Of a stretch of 64,000 bases of DNA, positions 1 through 14,372 are shown piece by piece. Under the pieces are notes generated by a model that ran no database searches, was not told the DNA's origin, and saw nothing but the letters and a program-made list of their open reading frames with translations. Position numbers and translations under genes: made by a program. How positions within the stretch are numbered: the first letter of the stretch is position 1; every line of letters begins with the position of its first letter. Origin of the DNA: Octopus vulgaris (Eukaryota); the NCBI GenBank assembly GCA_951406725.2, contig OX597815.1, forward strand, positions 146,940,001 to 147,004,000, given 5' to 3'.

Positions 1-117
1 GTTTCACGGTGATAGGAAACAGGGTCAGGATTGTCACAGCTGTTGTGACTCTCTTAATCTCTCTGCCTGATCGTAACTGAGATACGATTAATTAAAAACT
101 ACAGTAACAACACTACC

Positions 118-355
<238 letters not shown>

Positions 356-513
356 ACTACAGCAATAACACTTACAGCAACAGCAACAACAACAAACCGG
401 TCTGTGTTGTAGCAATTTGTCGGTTATAAAATGCAAGAAATAGATGTGAAACGCTTCAAATTGAATGTTTAAGAAGTCTAAACAGAATAATAGTAATAAT
501 AATAATAATAATA

Positions 514-607
514 GTGTACCCTTATCAGACGGGTAGTCATGATGGGTATACTGGGCTTTGTATATTTTACCCCAGTGCCACTTTGATGGCATGCACTACT
601 CTCACTC
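514..607 (+). mobile_element. 3' end of non-coding (AAT)-tailed retroposon (family D), 5'-truncated
   Basis: Reverse complement of the start of copies at 28259-28800, 37750-38280 and 43847-44105; flanked by (AAT)n on both sides. Confidence 0.8.
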
Positions 608-669
<62 letters not shown>

Positions 670-1400
670 TTGAATTAGAAATCGTTGGATAATGTATTTT
701 AGAAACATAATATCTAAACATAAGATTTAGTTGTCAAGGATGCAACGCCTATCACCAGTGCGTTTCGTGTATTAAAAAAACAGCGATAACAGCAATCTTA
801 AGAAAAAGTTTACGCACACAGACACGCGTAATGAAATATTCAGAAATACATACAGAACAGTCATACTCACACATCATAACCCGGGTGCACACGAACACAC
901 TCAGGTTTCAGATGCATAACGCATTCTCATACATAGATCGTTATTTCTACACTTATCTATACAGACACCGCTACGTACGTTCTCGCATGCGCACATGTCA
1001 GCACACGTACACGGAGATCGAAACACATGCATCTTTACGTATGCGCTTAAAACAATAGGTGCATATACACATGTACGATGAACGCAAATCCTATACTGAA
1101 TAGTAGCACTGAAAATCCTTGAAAGTGCCTCAGATTTTTATTAAAAAAAAAAAAAACGATAAATATAGATTCGTATGCGGGATGCCGAAAACCACACAGC
1201 TCACTCTCTCTCCCTTTCTCTTTCTTTTTCTGCCTGTCTGTCTGTCTGTATGTCTGTCTCTCTCTCTCTCTCTATCTATCTATTTCTCTCTCTCTCCGTG
1301 TCCACACACACACATACATATAAACGTATAGAAAATAAAGATATGGCTAGCTAGCAAAGCGAGTAAGAGTGATAGATAATCAAGACACACACACATTACG

Positions 1401-1457
<57 letters not shown>

Positions 1458-1470
1458 TTATATATATATA

Positions 1471-1720
1471 TTGTGAGAGAGAGTGACAGAGTGAGGGAGA
1501 AAGAAGTATACATATATACATACACATATACATATATATATACACACAAATACACACATACACACACATGCATATATATATATATATATATATATTGTGA
1601 GAGAGAGTGACAGAGTGAGGGAGAAAGAAGTATACATATATACATACACATATACATATATATATATACACACAAATACACACATACACACACATGCATA
1701 TATATATATATATATATATA
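1471..1720. repeat. ~124-bp tandem duplication among TA/CA repeats
   Basis: ttgtgagagagagtgacagagtgagggagaaagaag... starts at 1471 and 1595. Confidence 0.9.
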
Positions 1721-1721
1721 T

Positions 1722-1792
<71 letters not shown>

Positions 1793-1833
1793 TGCATATA
1801 TATCATATACGAATATTTGTATGTGTATGTAAG

Positions 1834-2055
1834 TACGAGATGGGACTGTAAAGTTCCGGGATTTAAGGGTGTCGCGAAGGCTTGTTTGGGGGCCCAAAAT
1901 TCTCAATTCTTTTACAGGGCTTAGAAGAACGGAAGGGCGGCTGTAATAAGCGTGTTAACCTGTGACGGGAATACGTTGAATAAAATCATAAATAACTGAT
2001 CCTTCTGTATTTTCTTTTACCCAAAGCCAGGAAATTTTTTCAGCACCACCACGTA
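1834..2055 (+). mobile_element. Internally deleted Tc1/mariner-like element (MITE)
   Basis: Imperfect terminal inverted repeats with TA at both ends (tacgagatgggactgtaaagttcc / ggaaattttttcagcaccaccacgta); remnant of a mariner-like C-terminus (GEYVE*); related copy at 61604-61750. Confidence 0.65.
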
Positions 2056-2176
2056 GTTCGAAGTGCTACTATTAAAAATAAAAATCCGATTATTACGAAG
2101 ACACAATTTTTGTACGTGATTGTGTACTTCTCCCTCACAGTTCATATCTCAGCTCATCTCTTTCATTCTGTGTGTT

Positions 2177-2218
<42 letters not shown>

Positions 2219-3162
2219 TGAGTGTGTGTGTGTGTGTGTACAGAGAGAGAGAGAGTGTGAGAGAGAGAGAAAGAGAGGCAGAGAAATAGATGGATATAGA
2301 ATAGATTAATAGATAGACAGACAGATAGATAAGTATACATATCTATATAAATACATATATACACACACACACACTCAGCCCCACCCACCGACACCCACAC
2401 ATACACCCGCACACACACAAGCATTCGTACACACAATACGTATGTCTTCGTGTTACTGACTTGCTATTTAAAAGAATAGATTAATATTGTCATGAAAATT
2501 GGAATAACATTGATGTATCGAAAAAAAAAAGGGGCTTCGTGAGCCGTCACCGTTTTCACTCTTTTACTATTTCCGTTTCGATAGTTAATGGGACGCAGGA
2601 TTGAAGTGTTTAGTGAATGAGATTGAACCCACAACTGAATTTTTAAAGTTAATTACTTTTTCTACCGGTTACATTTTGACAAACAGCTAGCTCACGGGAA
2701 CGGAAACAAACCAACTACTCTTGTAATCAATGAGACAAACACAGAATGCGAGCGGGCACACCCACATACACATTATTACAGGCATAGGCACGAATGCATG
2801 TGCCGACAGACAAATGTATGAGTGCACACTCGCTGAATGGTACATACATAAGTATATGTGTGTGTGTAGATAGGGGTGGCTGAGGATCTGTTTGTACATA
2901 TGAGCATGTGTCTGTGTGTATGTGTACACACACACACACAAAGAAATGTTCACATAATGCATCCGGCGATATTTTGATAATAGTAAGTACATGTGAATCA
3001 GCTCCTGAAAACCACAGTATTCGAACACAGCAATAGGAATAGTTAGTTTCCAGTCACCACATACCTACATACTCTCAAGCATATGCATACACATAAACAT
3101 ACTTACAATGGTATACACACACACACACACACAAACCATATATGTACTAGCACTCACATACT

Positions 3163-3195
<33 letters not shown>

Positions 3196-3612
3196 GATAT
3201 TTTACTTCCAAAAGTTAGAAAAAAAAAATTCTGACACACGTGACAGAGTTCGGCTGACAAGCACTTTATAACAATATTTAAAAAGTAGAACAGTAAAAAT
3301 ATGTAAGATTTTCCCAAAGTTTGACTTTTAACACTTATTTTTGAAATTACCTAAATATCTGCGAAGGAGCTTTTGGTTCTTCGTTAGTAACCTGCTCCAT
3401 TTTAGGAAACATTCAGAAAACTCTATTAACAAAAAAAAAAAAAGTTAAGAGACATGCAAGCTTCCATACCAATGCACTTAATGTTTCTCTCTTTCACGAA
3501 CGCTCGTAAAGAAATACGTACATGTTTGCATGCACTGAAATTCAAGCGAATGCGACTAGGAATAAGTCTATTTATCTATCTACCTATCTATCCATCTTTC
3601 TCTCTCTTTCTT

Positions 3613-3671
<59 letters not shown>

Positions 3672-4175
3672 CTGTGCATCTCTATCTCGCTATTTATCTA
3701 TCTGTCAGCTTGTCTGTCTGTGTTTCTGTCTGTCTGTCTGTCTGTCTTTCTGTCGGTCTATTTGCGTGTCTGTCTCTCTATTTGTGTGTCTATGTGTCTA
3801 CAGTTTTCTATAACTGTGCGTGCATGCATGTTTCGTTGCAGTTGGTGCGGTGTTGATACGATTTTCTTTTCACAAGAACAAATGCAACTACACGTGTAGC
3901 GGGCACACACACACACACACACAAACACACACACTCACACACACAACACATAACACGTACAAACACAGACACTCATACATAACAGATACACGCACGTACA
4001 TACACACAGACACATTGCACTGCTGCCACAAACACATGCAAACACTGACATTCACATCCCTAGAATATACACACACATGAAGAAACGAAGAAGTTAAAGA
4101 CTTCGTCGCGCATTGCCAACAGTATACACACACCCCTGCAAGCATGCATATAAAAGCGAACACACACAAAGACGA

Positions 4176-4216
<41 letters not shown>

Positions 4217-4221
4217 TTTAT

Positions 4222-4371
4222 TCTTTTACTTGTTTCGGTCATTTCACTGCAGCCATGCTGGAGCAGCGCCTTTAGTCGAACAATTTGACACCACGACTTA
4301 TTCTTTGTAAGCCTAGTATTTATTCTGTCTGTCTATTTTGCCAATGACTAAGTTACGGGGACGTAAACACG

Positions 4372-4372
<1 letters not shown>
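4222..4372 (-). mobile_element. SINE family B, 3' part
   Basis: Matches the 3' half of the copies at 21698-22150 and 33797-34280. Confidence 0.8.
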
Positions 4373-4410
<38 letters not shown>

Positions 4411-4534
4411 TACATATACACATACACACAAACACACAGACACACACATACACGCATACATATATATACATATACATGCACGCACACAATACAAACACAC
4501 ACACATACATACAGTACGTTCGTATGGGCGTGTG

Positions 4535-4601
<67 letters not shown>

Positions 4602-4699
4602 ATGTGAGTGTGTGCGTGTGTACTACGCTTAAATACACCACTTGTGAAGTGTTGATATTTCGCCATGTCTTATTAATCGGGGTCTGTCTGTGTGTCAGC

Positions 4700-4763
<64 letters not shown>

Positions 4764-5079
4764 TTATCTATTCGTCTGTCTTTTAGATTCTCTATGTACT
4801 CAGACGCACATAGGCGCATACATGCATATACATGTACATACACACACACACACACGTACATACAAATGCACGCGCGTACGTAAATGCACAGATATATAGA
4901 TATATCCGCACACGGATTCTCATAGATAGCTGTCGGTGTATATTCTCCATTACTATCTACTTCCCACATTCATTGTCTATATCTCTTAGTTTCTCTTTCT
5001 CTCTCTCCCTCCTCTCCTCTCTCTATCTACCTATCTATCTAGCTAGCAATGTATGTATGTATGTATGTATGTATGTATG

Positions 5080-5115
<36 letters not shown>

Positions 5116-5309
5116 GCCCCCTTTCTCGCCGATTATTCCCACAGTGAAACAGGTATTTTATGGACGAAGAAACAAAGCAAAATGCAAAGTGTACTCTCAG
5201 AAATTGCAGGAAGTATGAATTGAGAGATAGAGAATAGAACGAAACACATACACACACAAACACCAGCACACACACACCTCACACACACACACACACAGAC
5301 AGACAGACA

Positions 5310-5347
<38 letters not shown>

Positions 5348-6613
5348 CACATACGTACACATAACTATATACAGTACAGCAACACATATTTCCACGCGCA
5401 TCCATGTGCGTACACATTGACACATCACCAAACTATCATATACACTCGAAGATATACGCAGTTTTACAAACATAAAAAAACAGTATCTCATAGAAATGCA
5501 GGCATTGAAATAAGTTTATTGAATCAAGCAAAGCATTCCATATTTTCCGTGACTAATGTTTTCGTTTGTTTGTGTGTGATTATATCCGAGTGTGTACTTA
5601 TGAGTAAGCACACACACACACACACGCACGCGCACGCACACACACACACACACACGCATGCTTACAGACGACACATATATTATGCATATAGACACATACA
5701 AACGTATATATGTATGCCACTGCATGTACGCATCCATCTCTTACTCTGTGAATGTGTGTGTATGTGTGTGTGTGAGTGTTTGTGAGTGTGTGTGTGTGTG
5801 TGAGAGTTTGTGTGTGTGTGTGTGTATGTGTGTGTGGATGTTTGTGAGTGTGTGTATGTGTGTGTATGCTTGTGCATGTGTGTGTTCGTTATTGCATGCC
5901 ACAAAACTCGAGAAACTACACGTTCTGTGCGTGCTTCTTTTTTGAATATACAAAGCCGAAACGGACATTAAAACATGTACGTATGTATGTACGTACGTAG
6001 TTATGTATGTATGCATGTATGTACACTTCTCTACGAGTACATAGATATGTGTGTCTGTATGTAGATGCATGTATGTGTATGGGTATGCATTTACGGGTAT
6101 GTATGCATTTCTGCATGCGTATATATGCGTGAATGTGTGCGTATAGGCTTGTGATGGCACATATGTGTGTAGTCATCGTGAGACAGCTTAAATACAATAC
6201 TACATAAGCATGCATACATACATACATAAATACATACATACATACATACATTCATACATACATGCATACATACATATATGCTTGCATGCATATATATACG
6301 CATACATACCCACGTGTGTGAATGTGTGTGTATGTATATACTTGCATTCATGTATACATGTAGATACGTATATATGTACGTAAAATACAGCATCAGTATG
6401 TGCGTTGCGTAAATACATCTACGCGTATATAAATGTGCTTGAGAGAGTGAGTGTGCATAGAAATATATACATATACATATAGCTATATTTATTCATATGA
6501 ACATCAATGAAATTATGTACACCTACATACATTTATATCAATACTCTCACACAAACAGGCACACATTCACACATACATACAACCAAACATACATACATAC
6601 ATACATACATACA

Positions 6614-6647
<34 letters not shown>

Positions 6648-7146
6648 CATACGTATGTATATAAAGCACGGCGAAATTTTAACACACACACATACACGAA
6701 CACACTTTTACAAAAAGTCTACAATCATAGAAAGCAGTGTGGCAAAGGCAAAACAATAATGAAAAGAATTTATCAGGAGGTAAAACTACTTGCGTTTGCG
6801 TGAAGGTTTTAGGGCATAGAATTTGCGGGTCCCATATTATGTAAGAAACCAACAGGAATTAATATGAAATAATTTAATGAATAAATAAATAAGAGATAGA
6901 AAGAGAGAAAGAGAGAGATGGAGAGTGAGAGAGAGAGACAGAAAAAAAAAAAGAAATAGAGAAGTATAGAAGAGAGAGAGTGCCGATATGAGAGTATGTA
7001 TGCGTGTGTTTTTTCATACTGCTGGGCAACAGGTCAGTATTGGAGAGGTTTTTGATCCGAGAATTTTAGGAAGGCAGGGAAAATAAATGAAATAAGTAAA
7101 AAAAATAATAAAAAGGTTCTTGTTATAAAAAGTCGTCATTGCCGAT

Positions 7147-7183
<37 letters not shown>

Positions 7184-7275
7184 ACATTGTCACAAGTGTT
7201 TTTTTTTTTTTTTCTTTGTCAAGCGATTATGGTTCCGAATTTTATCAACATTATCAAAAAGAATAATAATGCTAG

Positions 7276-7308
<33 letters not shown>

Positions 7309-7779
7309 ACAACAACATCATCATCATCAACATCATCATCATCATCATCATCATCATCGTAAACGTTTTCTTTGTCTACTTCAACAATCTTCAATCATGA
7401 TAATAATGTTCCCAAGAACAGTTTCGTTATTATGAAATATTAAATATATTTTCACATCATTCATTTCATTTCATTTCATTTTTCTTTTAAAAACAATTCT
7501 CTGTAATTATTTTAAACCGCTTTGTATTTCTTACTTGTGTTATATTTACTTAATTATTTATCATTTAAAAAAAAGAAACCACTTTGCGCGTTGGTTTCTT
7601 TAATTTCACTTTTCATTTCTTTTATGTGTATATATATATATATATATATGGAGTTATATATATATGTATATGTATGTGTGTATGTGTTTGTGTGTGTGTG
7701 TATGCATGTATATATACATATATGTGTATGTGTGTATGTGTTCATGTGTATGCATATATATAGGGATTGCCTTACCTAC

Positions 7780-7892
7780 CTGAATGCGACGGCGAACCCC
7801 TGAATGGTACTTCCAAAGTTTAAGGCTAGTACACACAGCCAAACACGGTGTGAGTTTCGTTTTCCCTCCAAAGTAGCGCTCGAGCAGCGGAG
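7780..7892 (-). CDS. Candidate coding exon resembling TM1 of a sugar-porter (Tret1/GLUT8-like) MFS transporter
   Basis: Minus strand ctgcag|...ttcAG|GTAGGTAAG splice signals; translation LRCSSATLEGKRNSHRVWLCVLALNFGSTIQGFAVAF(S/R) resembles the sugar-porter TM1 pattern LGSxxxGFxxA(Y/F)(S/T)SP. A second frame is also open, so this is uncertain. Confidence 0.35.
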
Positions 7893-7900
7893 CTGCAGTG

Positions 7901-7936
<36 letters not shown>

Positions 7937-8235
7937 TTGGTAGTAGTAATAGTAGTAGTAGTAGTAGTGGTAGTAGTAGTAGTAGTGGTGGTAGTAGTAG
8001 TAGTGGTAGTAGTAGTAGTAGTAGTAGTAGTAGTTGTAGTGGTGGTGGTGGTGGTGGTAGTATCAACCTCTGCAACAGCTGCAACAGTAGTATCTGTGCA
8101 TACAAGTGTGCGTGTGCGTATGTATCATAAATATATACATATGTATTTGTGTGTGTGTGTGTGTGTGTGCGTGTTTATGTATTTAGATAGATATACGTGC
8201 GAACATGTAGATTTTTGGTACGTGTGTGTGTGTGT

Positions 8236-8267
<32 letters not shown>

Positions 8268-8337
8268 ACGTATTTATATGTACACGGGTGTATATGTGCC
8301 TATACGCACGTACTAGTTTCCACACGTATACACAGGC

Positions 8338-8369
<32 letters not shown>

Positions 8370-8456
8370 ATGTGTGTGTGTGTGTGTATATATATATGTA
8401 TATATACCTGTGTGTGTGTATGTTTATGTATTATGTGTTTTAAAATATATGTGCTA

Positions 8457-8815
8457 TGTATATATATATACGCGTGAAGAATGCATACAGTGGTAGTATG
8501 CTTTTTTGTTACTGTGGTGGTGAGAATTGTGATGGCGATGGTGTGTGGTAGTGGTAGTGGTGGCGGCGGCGGCGGCGGCGGCGATGGTGGTGGTGGTGGT
8601 GGTGGTGGTGGTGGTGGTGGTGGTGTGTGCTAATGGTATCCGAATGGCGACGATGGTGGTGGCAATGGTATGTATTGTTGCTGTTATTGTTGTTGTTGTT
8701 GTTGTTGTTGGAGGTAGTGGTGATGGAGTTAAATGGTGGCGATAGTAAATTATCGTCGCTGTGGTGCTGTTCTTGAAGTTGGGTGCTAATCTTTCAGCTG
8801 CTACTGATGCTGCCG

Positions 8816-8846
<31 letters not shown>

Positions 8847-9164
8847 CGGTGTTTTTGTAGTAGTAGTAGCAATAGTAGTTTTTGTTGTTGTTTTTGTAGT
8901 GATGGTGGTGGTGTGGGCTACAGAGGTGATATTTTTGCGATTAGTATCACTATTTGTAGTAGTAGTAGTAGAAGTTGTAGTTTTTGTTGTTGTTTTTGTA
9001 GTGGTGGTGGTGGTGGTGTGGGCTACAGAGGTGATATTTTTGCGATTAGTATCACTATTTGTAGTAGTAGTAGTAGTAATAGTAGTAGTAGTTGTAGTAG
9101 TAGTAGAAGTTTTTTTGCAGTTGCTGTTTAACGCCGATCCTGCAGCGCTATTACCAAAGGCTTT
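8457..9164 (-). other. Stop-free 236-codon Thr-rich, mucin-like reading frame (no early start codon, possible exon)
   Basis: Checked by hand: no stop between 9164 and 8457; contains an in-frame 105-bp duplication (NSDTNRKNITSVAH twice) and NxT sequons. Confidence 0.3.
8873..9082. repeat. 105-bp tandem duplication
   Basis: gtgggctacagaggtgatatttttgcgattagtatcactatttgtag at 8913 and 9018. Confidence 0.9.
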
Positions 9165-9744
9165 CTAGCCGTGACCATCCCTTCATTTTAGCATTTTCTT
9201 TGGAGGACTACTTTTTCGCCATTGTATCGCTTCCTTGAGACCGGTAGTGTATAATTTGAGGGTGATTGACTGCTGTTTCTAACAGGCCGAGCGACCGCGT
9301 AAGAGCTCTGTCTAGTTGGCTCTTCGTTTCGATGTTATCGTTGAGGTTGTTGTTGTTGTTGCTGTTATTGTTGTTGTTGTTGTTAGTCGTATGGATGCTT
9401 ACTGATCCAGCGATTGTAGCTGTTGCGCTTGTTCGTTGTTGTTATTGCTATTGTTGTCGCTATTATTACTATATTCAATGATGCTACTGTTAACGATGAT
9501 GATGATGATGATGATAATGACGACGATGACGACGACGACGACGACGGCGGCGACCAAAACCACCACCACCACCACCACGACAATGCGGTGTTCCTCTTTG
9601 CTTATTGTTGTTGTTGTTATTGTCGATGCTATTACTGTCAATGGTAATGTTGCTGGTGATGACAATGATGCTGGTGGTGGTGGTGGTGGTGGTGGTGGTG
9701 GTGGTGACGATGATGATGAAGATGATGATGATGATGACGACGAC

Positions 9745-9777
<33 letters not shown>

Positions 9778-9881
9778 TATTGTTGCTGCTCTTGCTTTTT
9801 ATCTACATTTCAACCCTGATCAATAACACCATAGATCAAAGCCATGCGAAACGTGACCATCCTGTATATTACTATTATTAC

Positions 9882-9929
<48 letters not shown>

Positions 9930-10093
9930 TTTAATTTTTATCATTATTTCTAAGCATACATATCAACGATTATATTATCTAATTTGGTTTGTAATTTCTC
10001 TTTCTGTTTCTCATTTCGATGACAATGTGGAAGATGAGGGCGCCGGTTGGGGGGGGGGGGGGCGTTGCAATTTATGAGTGAGTTAGCAGCTTT

Positions 10094-10477
10094 TTATTCT
10101 GGCAAGAGGAGTGACCACGTAGAGGTTCTACGTTGCCTCGTGTTGTTGATATAGGTAGCGACGGTAACCGAATTCGTCAGTAGTCGTGGTAGTAGTAGTA
10201 GTAGTAGTAGTAGTGATTGAGGTGTCGCTTGTGGTGGTGGTAGTTGTGTTTGTGGTGGTGGTCGCTGTGTTGGCGGTTGTTGTAGTGGTTGCGGTTGTGG
10301 TGGTGGATGTGGTAGTGGTGGTTGTGGTAGTGGTGGTTGTGGTGGTGGTGGCTGTGGTGGTGGTGGTTGTTGTAGTGGTTGTGGTGGTGGTGGTGCTAGT
10401 GGTTGTGGTGGTGGTGTTGGTTGTGATGGTGGTGGTGGTGGTTGTGGTGGTGGTACGGGTGATGCTGGTGGCACCGC

Positions 10478-10518
<41 letters not shown>

Positions 10519-10555
10519 TTATAGGTAGTAGTAGTAGTAGTAGTAGTAGTAGTAA

Positions 10556-10596
<41 letters not shown>

Positions 10597-10628
10597 ATAG
10601 TAGAAGTAGTAGTAGTAGCTGTTGTCAC
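10094..10628 (-). other. Degenerate (GGT/AGT)n tract with open Pro/Gln-rich and Thr-rich frames
   Basis: ORFs 10094..10474 (PPPQPLAPPPPQPLQQ...) and 10128..10628; coding status unknown. Confidence 0.25.
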
Positions 10629-11288
10629 ATTTGTTTATAAGTTAGGAATTAATGTTGATAATGATGTTTCGGTTTATTGGTAGCGACTATAGTGGTGCTG
10701 TTGCTGTTGTTGTTGTTATTGTAGTAGTATTAATGTTTACAGTTGTTGTTTTGCTGTTCTTCTACCTTTTTTTTATTATATTTCTTATATCATTTATTCT
10801 TATTCATTTTTTTACTCATATATTGTTTCCGTAAGTTCTCTCTGTATGTGTCAAGTGCGTGTCCGTATGTTCATACGTACGATTGTGCGTGGGCAAAAGG
10901 TCGACGTACAGAGAGAGGGAGAGAGGGAAAAATAAAGAAAGAGAAAGACAGAGAGAGAGAGAGTCTAGCAAGGAAATGTGAGTCACAGAGAGAGAGAGAG
11001 GGAGAGAAAGAGGAGGAGTAAAGAAAGAGAGAAAAAAGAACGAAACTGTAAGATAGAAATAAAAACGAACTTTGTGTTATTCCATGTGCATGTGTATGCT
11101 TTGCTTGCGCGTCTATTTCCCACATGCGCATACATGCACATGTATTCCAACAAAGACATGCACACGCACCTCTGCTACGTTAAGAATGCAGGTTTATATA
11201 CACGCTTGCATACATACATACATATATGTGTGTATGTATATATATATATGTATATACTTATATATACTTATATATATGTATATATAGA

Positions 11289-11357
<69 letters not shown>

Positions 11358-11879
11358 TTACATATATATATATGTGTATGTGTGTGTGTGTGTGTACATG
11401 TGTGTGTGTATATAGATGTATGTGTGTGTGTGAGTGCTATGTATTGTATGTGTGTATATATGTCGATTTACCGAAAAGTGATAAATTACAGAACTCAAAA
11501 CAGAAGTGCAGACCATTCTTTAATAGATTCTAATTCAAAGCCTCCTAAAGTGAGAACTCCGAGTTAAACGATTCCGTTTCTTCAGCGGGTAAATCCGAGC
11601 TGTTGATTCCCGTTCTTCCCCATGAAATATTTGTTGTTTGAAAATATTTTTTTTAAATAAGAAAGTTATGAAAAAACAGCTTATTTTTCACAATTCATAT
11701 TGGAAAACAAAAACGAGAAAAAAAAAAGATAGAATTGTTACAACACATGTAAAACCACACACATATGTACATAGATGCATGACTGTACGTGCAAGTATAC
11801 ACATACATACATACATAGATACATACATACATACATACATACATACACACACACACATATATATACTTACATATATATA

Positions 11880-12105
<226 letters not shown>

Positions 12106-12466
12106 CACGTAGAGACATGTATATATGGACATATGCCTGTTTGTAAATATACACATGCATACATACACACACATACATATACCCATATGACCGACATACA
12201 TATATATATATATCGGCCAATAATAACAGCTTCAACTGTATAGTCGTGTTGTTGTTGGTATAGTCGTTCTTGTAGTAATTTTTGTACCCCTCAGTTCTTT
12301 TAAAAGTTCCCTTTTACTTTTTTTTTCAATTTTCTTTCCGGTTCCTCAATTCTACCATCTCTCTATCCTTTCTCTCCCTGCCTTTCTTCTTACTCTTCTT
12401 TCATTCATCCTTTCATCTTTCCGCCTCTCAACATTCAACTGAAATATCACTCTATCACTATGCCTT

Positions 12467-12508
<42 letters not shown>

Positions 12509-12636
12509 TGATTCACATTCCCACTCATTCTCTTTCCCACCACCTCTCACTCATCACACATTCTATCACACTACACCCACCCCTCTCCTCGCTTATCAAT
12601 CGAAATCATTTATTATTATCATCATTATTATTATTA

Positions 12637-12690
<54 letters not shown>

Positions 12691-12743
12691 CATTATTATT
12701 ATTATTATTATTATCAGCATTATTATTATTATTATTATTATTA

Positions 12744-12875
12744 TTCCGCCGAGATCGACTTTACATTCATATTTTCGGAGTCGATAAATGAAGTACCGGT
12801 GGACTACTAGGGTTGATGTAATCGACTATACCCCTCCTCCAAATTTCCGACTTTGTGTCTATAATGGAAAGGGTT
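12744..12875 (+). mobile_element. SINE family A, 5'-truncated, between (ATT)n arrays
   Basis: ttccgccgagatcgacttt...gtcgataaatgaagtacc core shared with the 15-18 kb copies. Confidence 0.8.
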
Positions 12876-12901
12876 ATTATTATTATTAATATTATTATTA
12901 A

Positions 12902-12937
<36 letters not shown>

Positions 12938-13377
12938 GTTCCTGTAAATATTGTCGGTTGACGTTATATACAACATTGGTAAGGAATGCCGTGACTGTTT
13001 TTACGATAGTTCTGTTGCTGTTGTTACTACTGTTGTTGTATTTGATGGTGGGTGTAGTAGATGAGATAGCGTTGATACATGTGATAGCGCCAGTTTGTGT
13101 TGTGGTAGGTAGTGGTTGATTGTTTAGGTTACAGTTGATCGATTGATACTGCTGTTGACGGCGGTGAGGCTGATGATGATGAGGATGATGGTTGATAGCA
13201 TGGTTAAAGTTGTGATTGTTGTATTGGTAGTTTGTAAATCTACTAGTGAGGAGTAGTACTATTATTTCTAGTAGTAGTAATACTAGTTGTAACACTAATG
13301 ATACTTAGCTGAAGTTGATGTTTAGCCCTTAATAACACTGGATCGAACGGTACTACTACTACTACTACTACTACTAC

Positions 13378-13409
<32 letters not shown>

Positions 13410-13682
13410 CATTTTCTCTTGTTACAATTCACTATTCCACCTTAATAACACACGACCCTAACTTTCCTTCTCCCTCAATCTCTCTCTCTCCCTATCTATC
13501 TTTTCTTTGTCTGTCTGTCTGTCTTGTGTGTGTGTCTCTCTCTCTCTTTTCTTGATTCACGTTCTCTCTCTCTCTCTATCACAACCCATTCCTCTCATCA
13601 TCCCTTCCTTCTATCGTCCTTTCTTCCCATCATCCCTTATTGTTGTGGTTCAACTCCAGAGACTAGCTCTGACCACGCAGAC

Positions 13683-13872
13683 TTATGATGACGGTACGGC
13701 GCTCCACACATGACACTCTTCCTGTGTTTTCGATTTAAAGTCAGTTTTGGGATCGAACGATATATCCTCATCCTTATTTATGATGACGGTACGGCGCTCC
13801 ACACATGACACTCTTCCTGTGTTTTCGATTTAAAGTCAGTTTAGGGATCGAACGATATATCCTCATCCTTAT
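13683..13872. repeat. 95-bp tandem duplication, one substitution
   Basis: Units 13683-13777 and 13778-13872 (ttttggg vs tttaggg). Confidence 0.95.
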
Positions 13873-14341
13873 TTACAAAAAAAACAAAAAACAAAAAAGA
13901 AATACTTCTAGTTTTTCATTGAACTGATGCTAATGATGGTAGCATTAGTGTTTATTGTTTTTGTTGTTGTTGGTGGTGGTGGTCACGGTGATGGTGGTGT
14001 TGAGTGTAGTAGTGGTTGTCGTGTCGTGGATGGCACTCGTAATAGCAGTGTCAAGTAGGGAGGGAGTCCTTAGGGTGCTGTACGAGATCAAGTTTGTCGT
14101 AGTGGTGGTGGTGGTGGTGGTGGTGGTTGTACTGCTTCTTGGATTTTTGTGCGTGGACAGAGATGCGCTCGTGCGCTCTCACCCCCCTTACATACACACA
14201 AGCACTTTCCCTCGCTCTCTCAGACGGACACAACTCCTACACATCTATGTATCAGGATATATGTACGTGTGTGTGTGTGTGCGTGCGTGTGTGTGCGTGT
14301 GTGTGTATGTATAGATGTATGTATATGTATGTATGTGTATG

Positions 14342-14372
<31 letters not shown>

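Noticed and set aside
1-76. Possible minus-strand exon (tctcag| LRSGREIKRVTTAVTILTLFPITVK)
   Set aside because: Truncated by the window edge, too short to assign, and the other two frames contain stops.
7020-7085. Next sugar-porter exon (SPAxP-like sequence)
   Set aside because: No AG acceptor, and it needs frameshifts to read.
13685-13777. C/D-box snoRNA (starts with ATGATGA)
   Set aside because: No CTGA D box on the same strand and no terminal stem.
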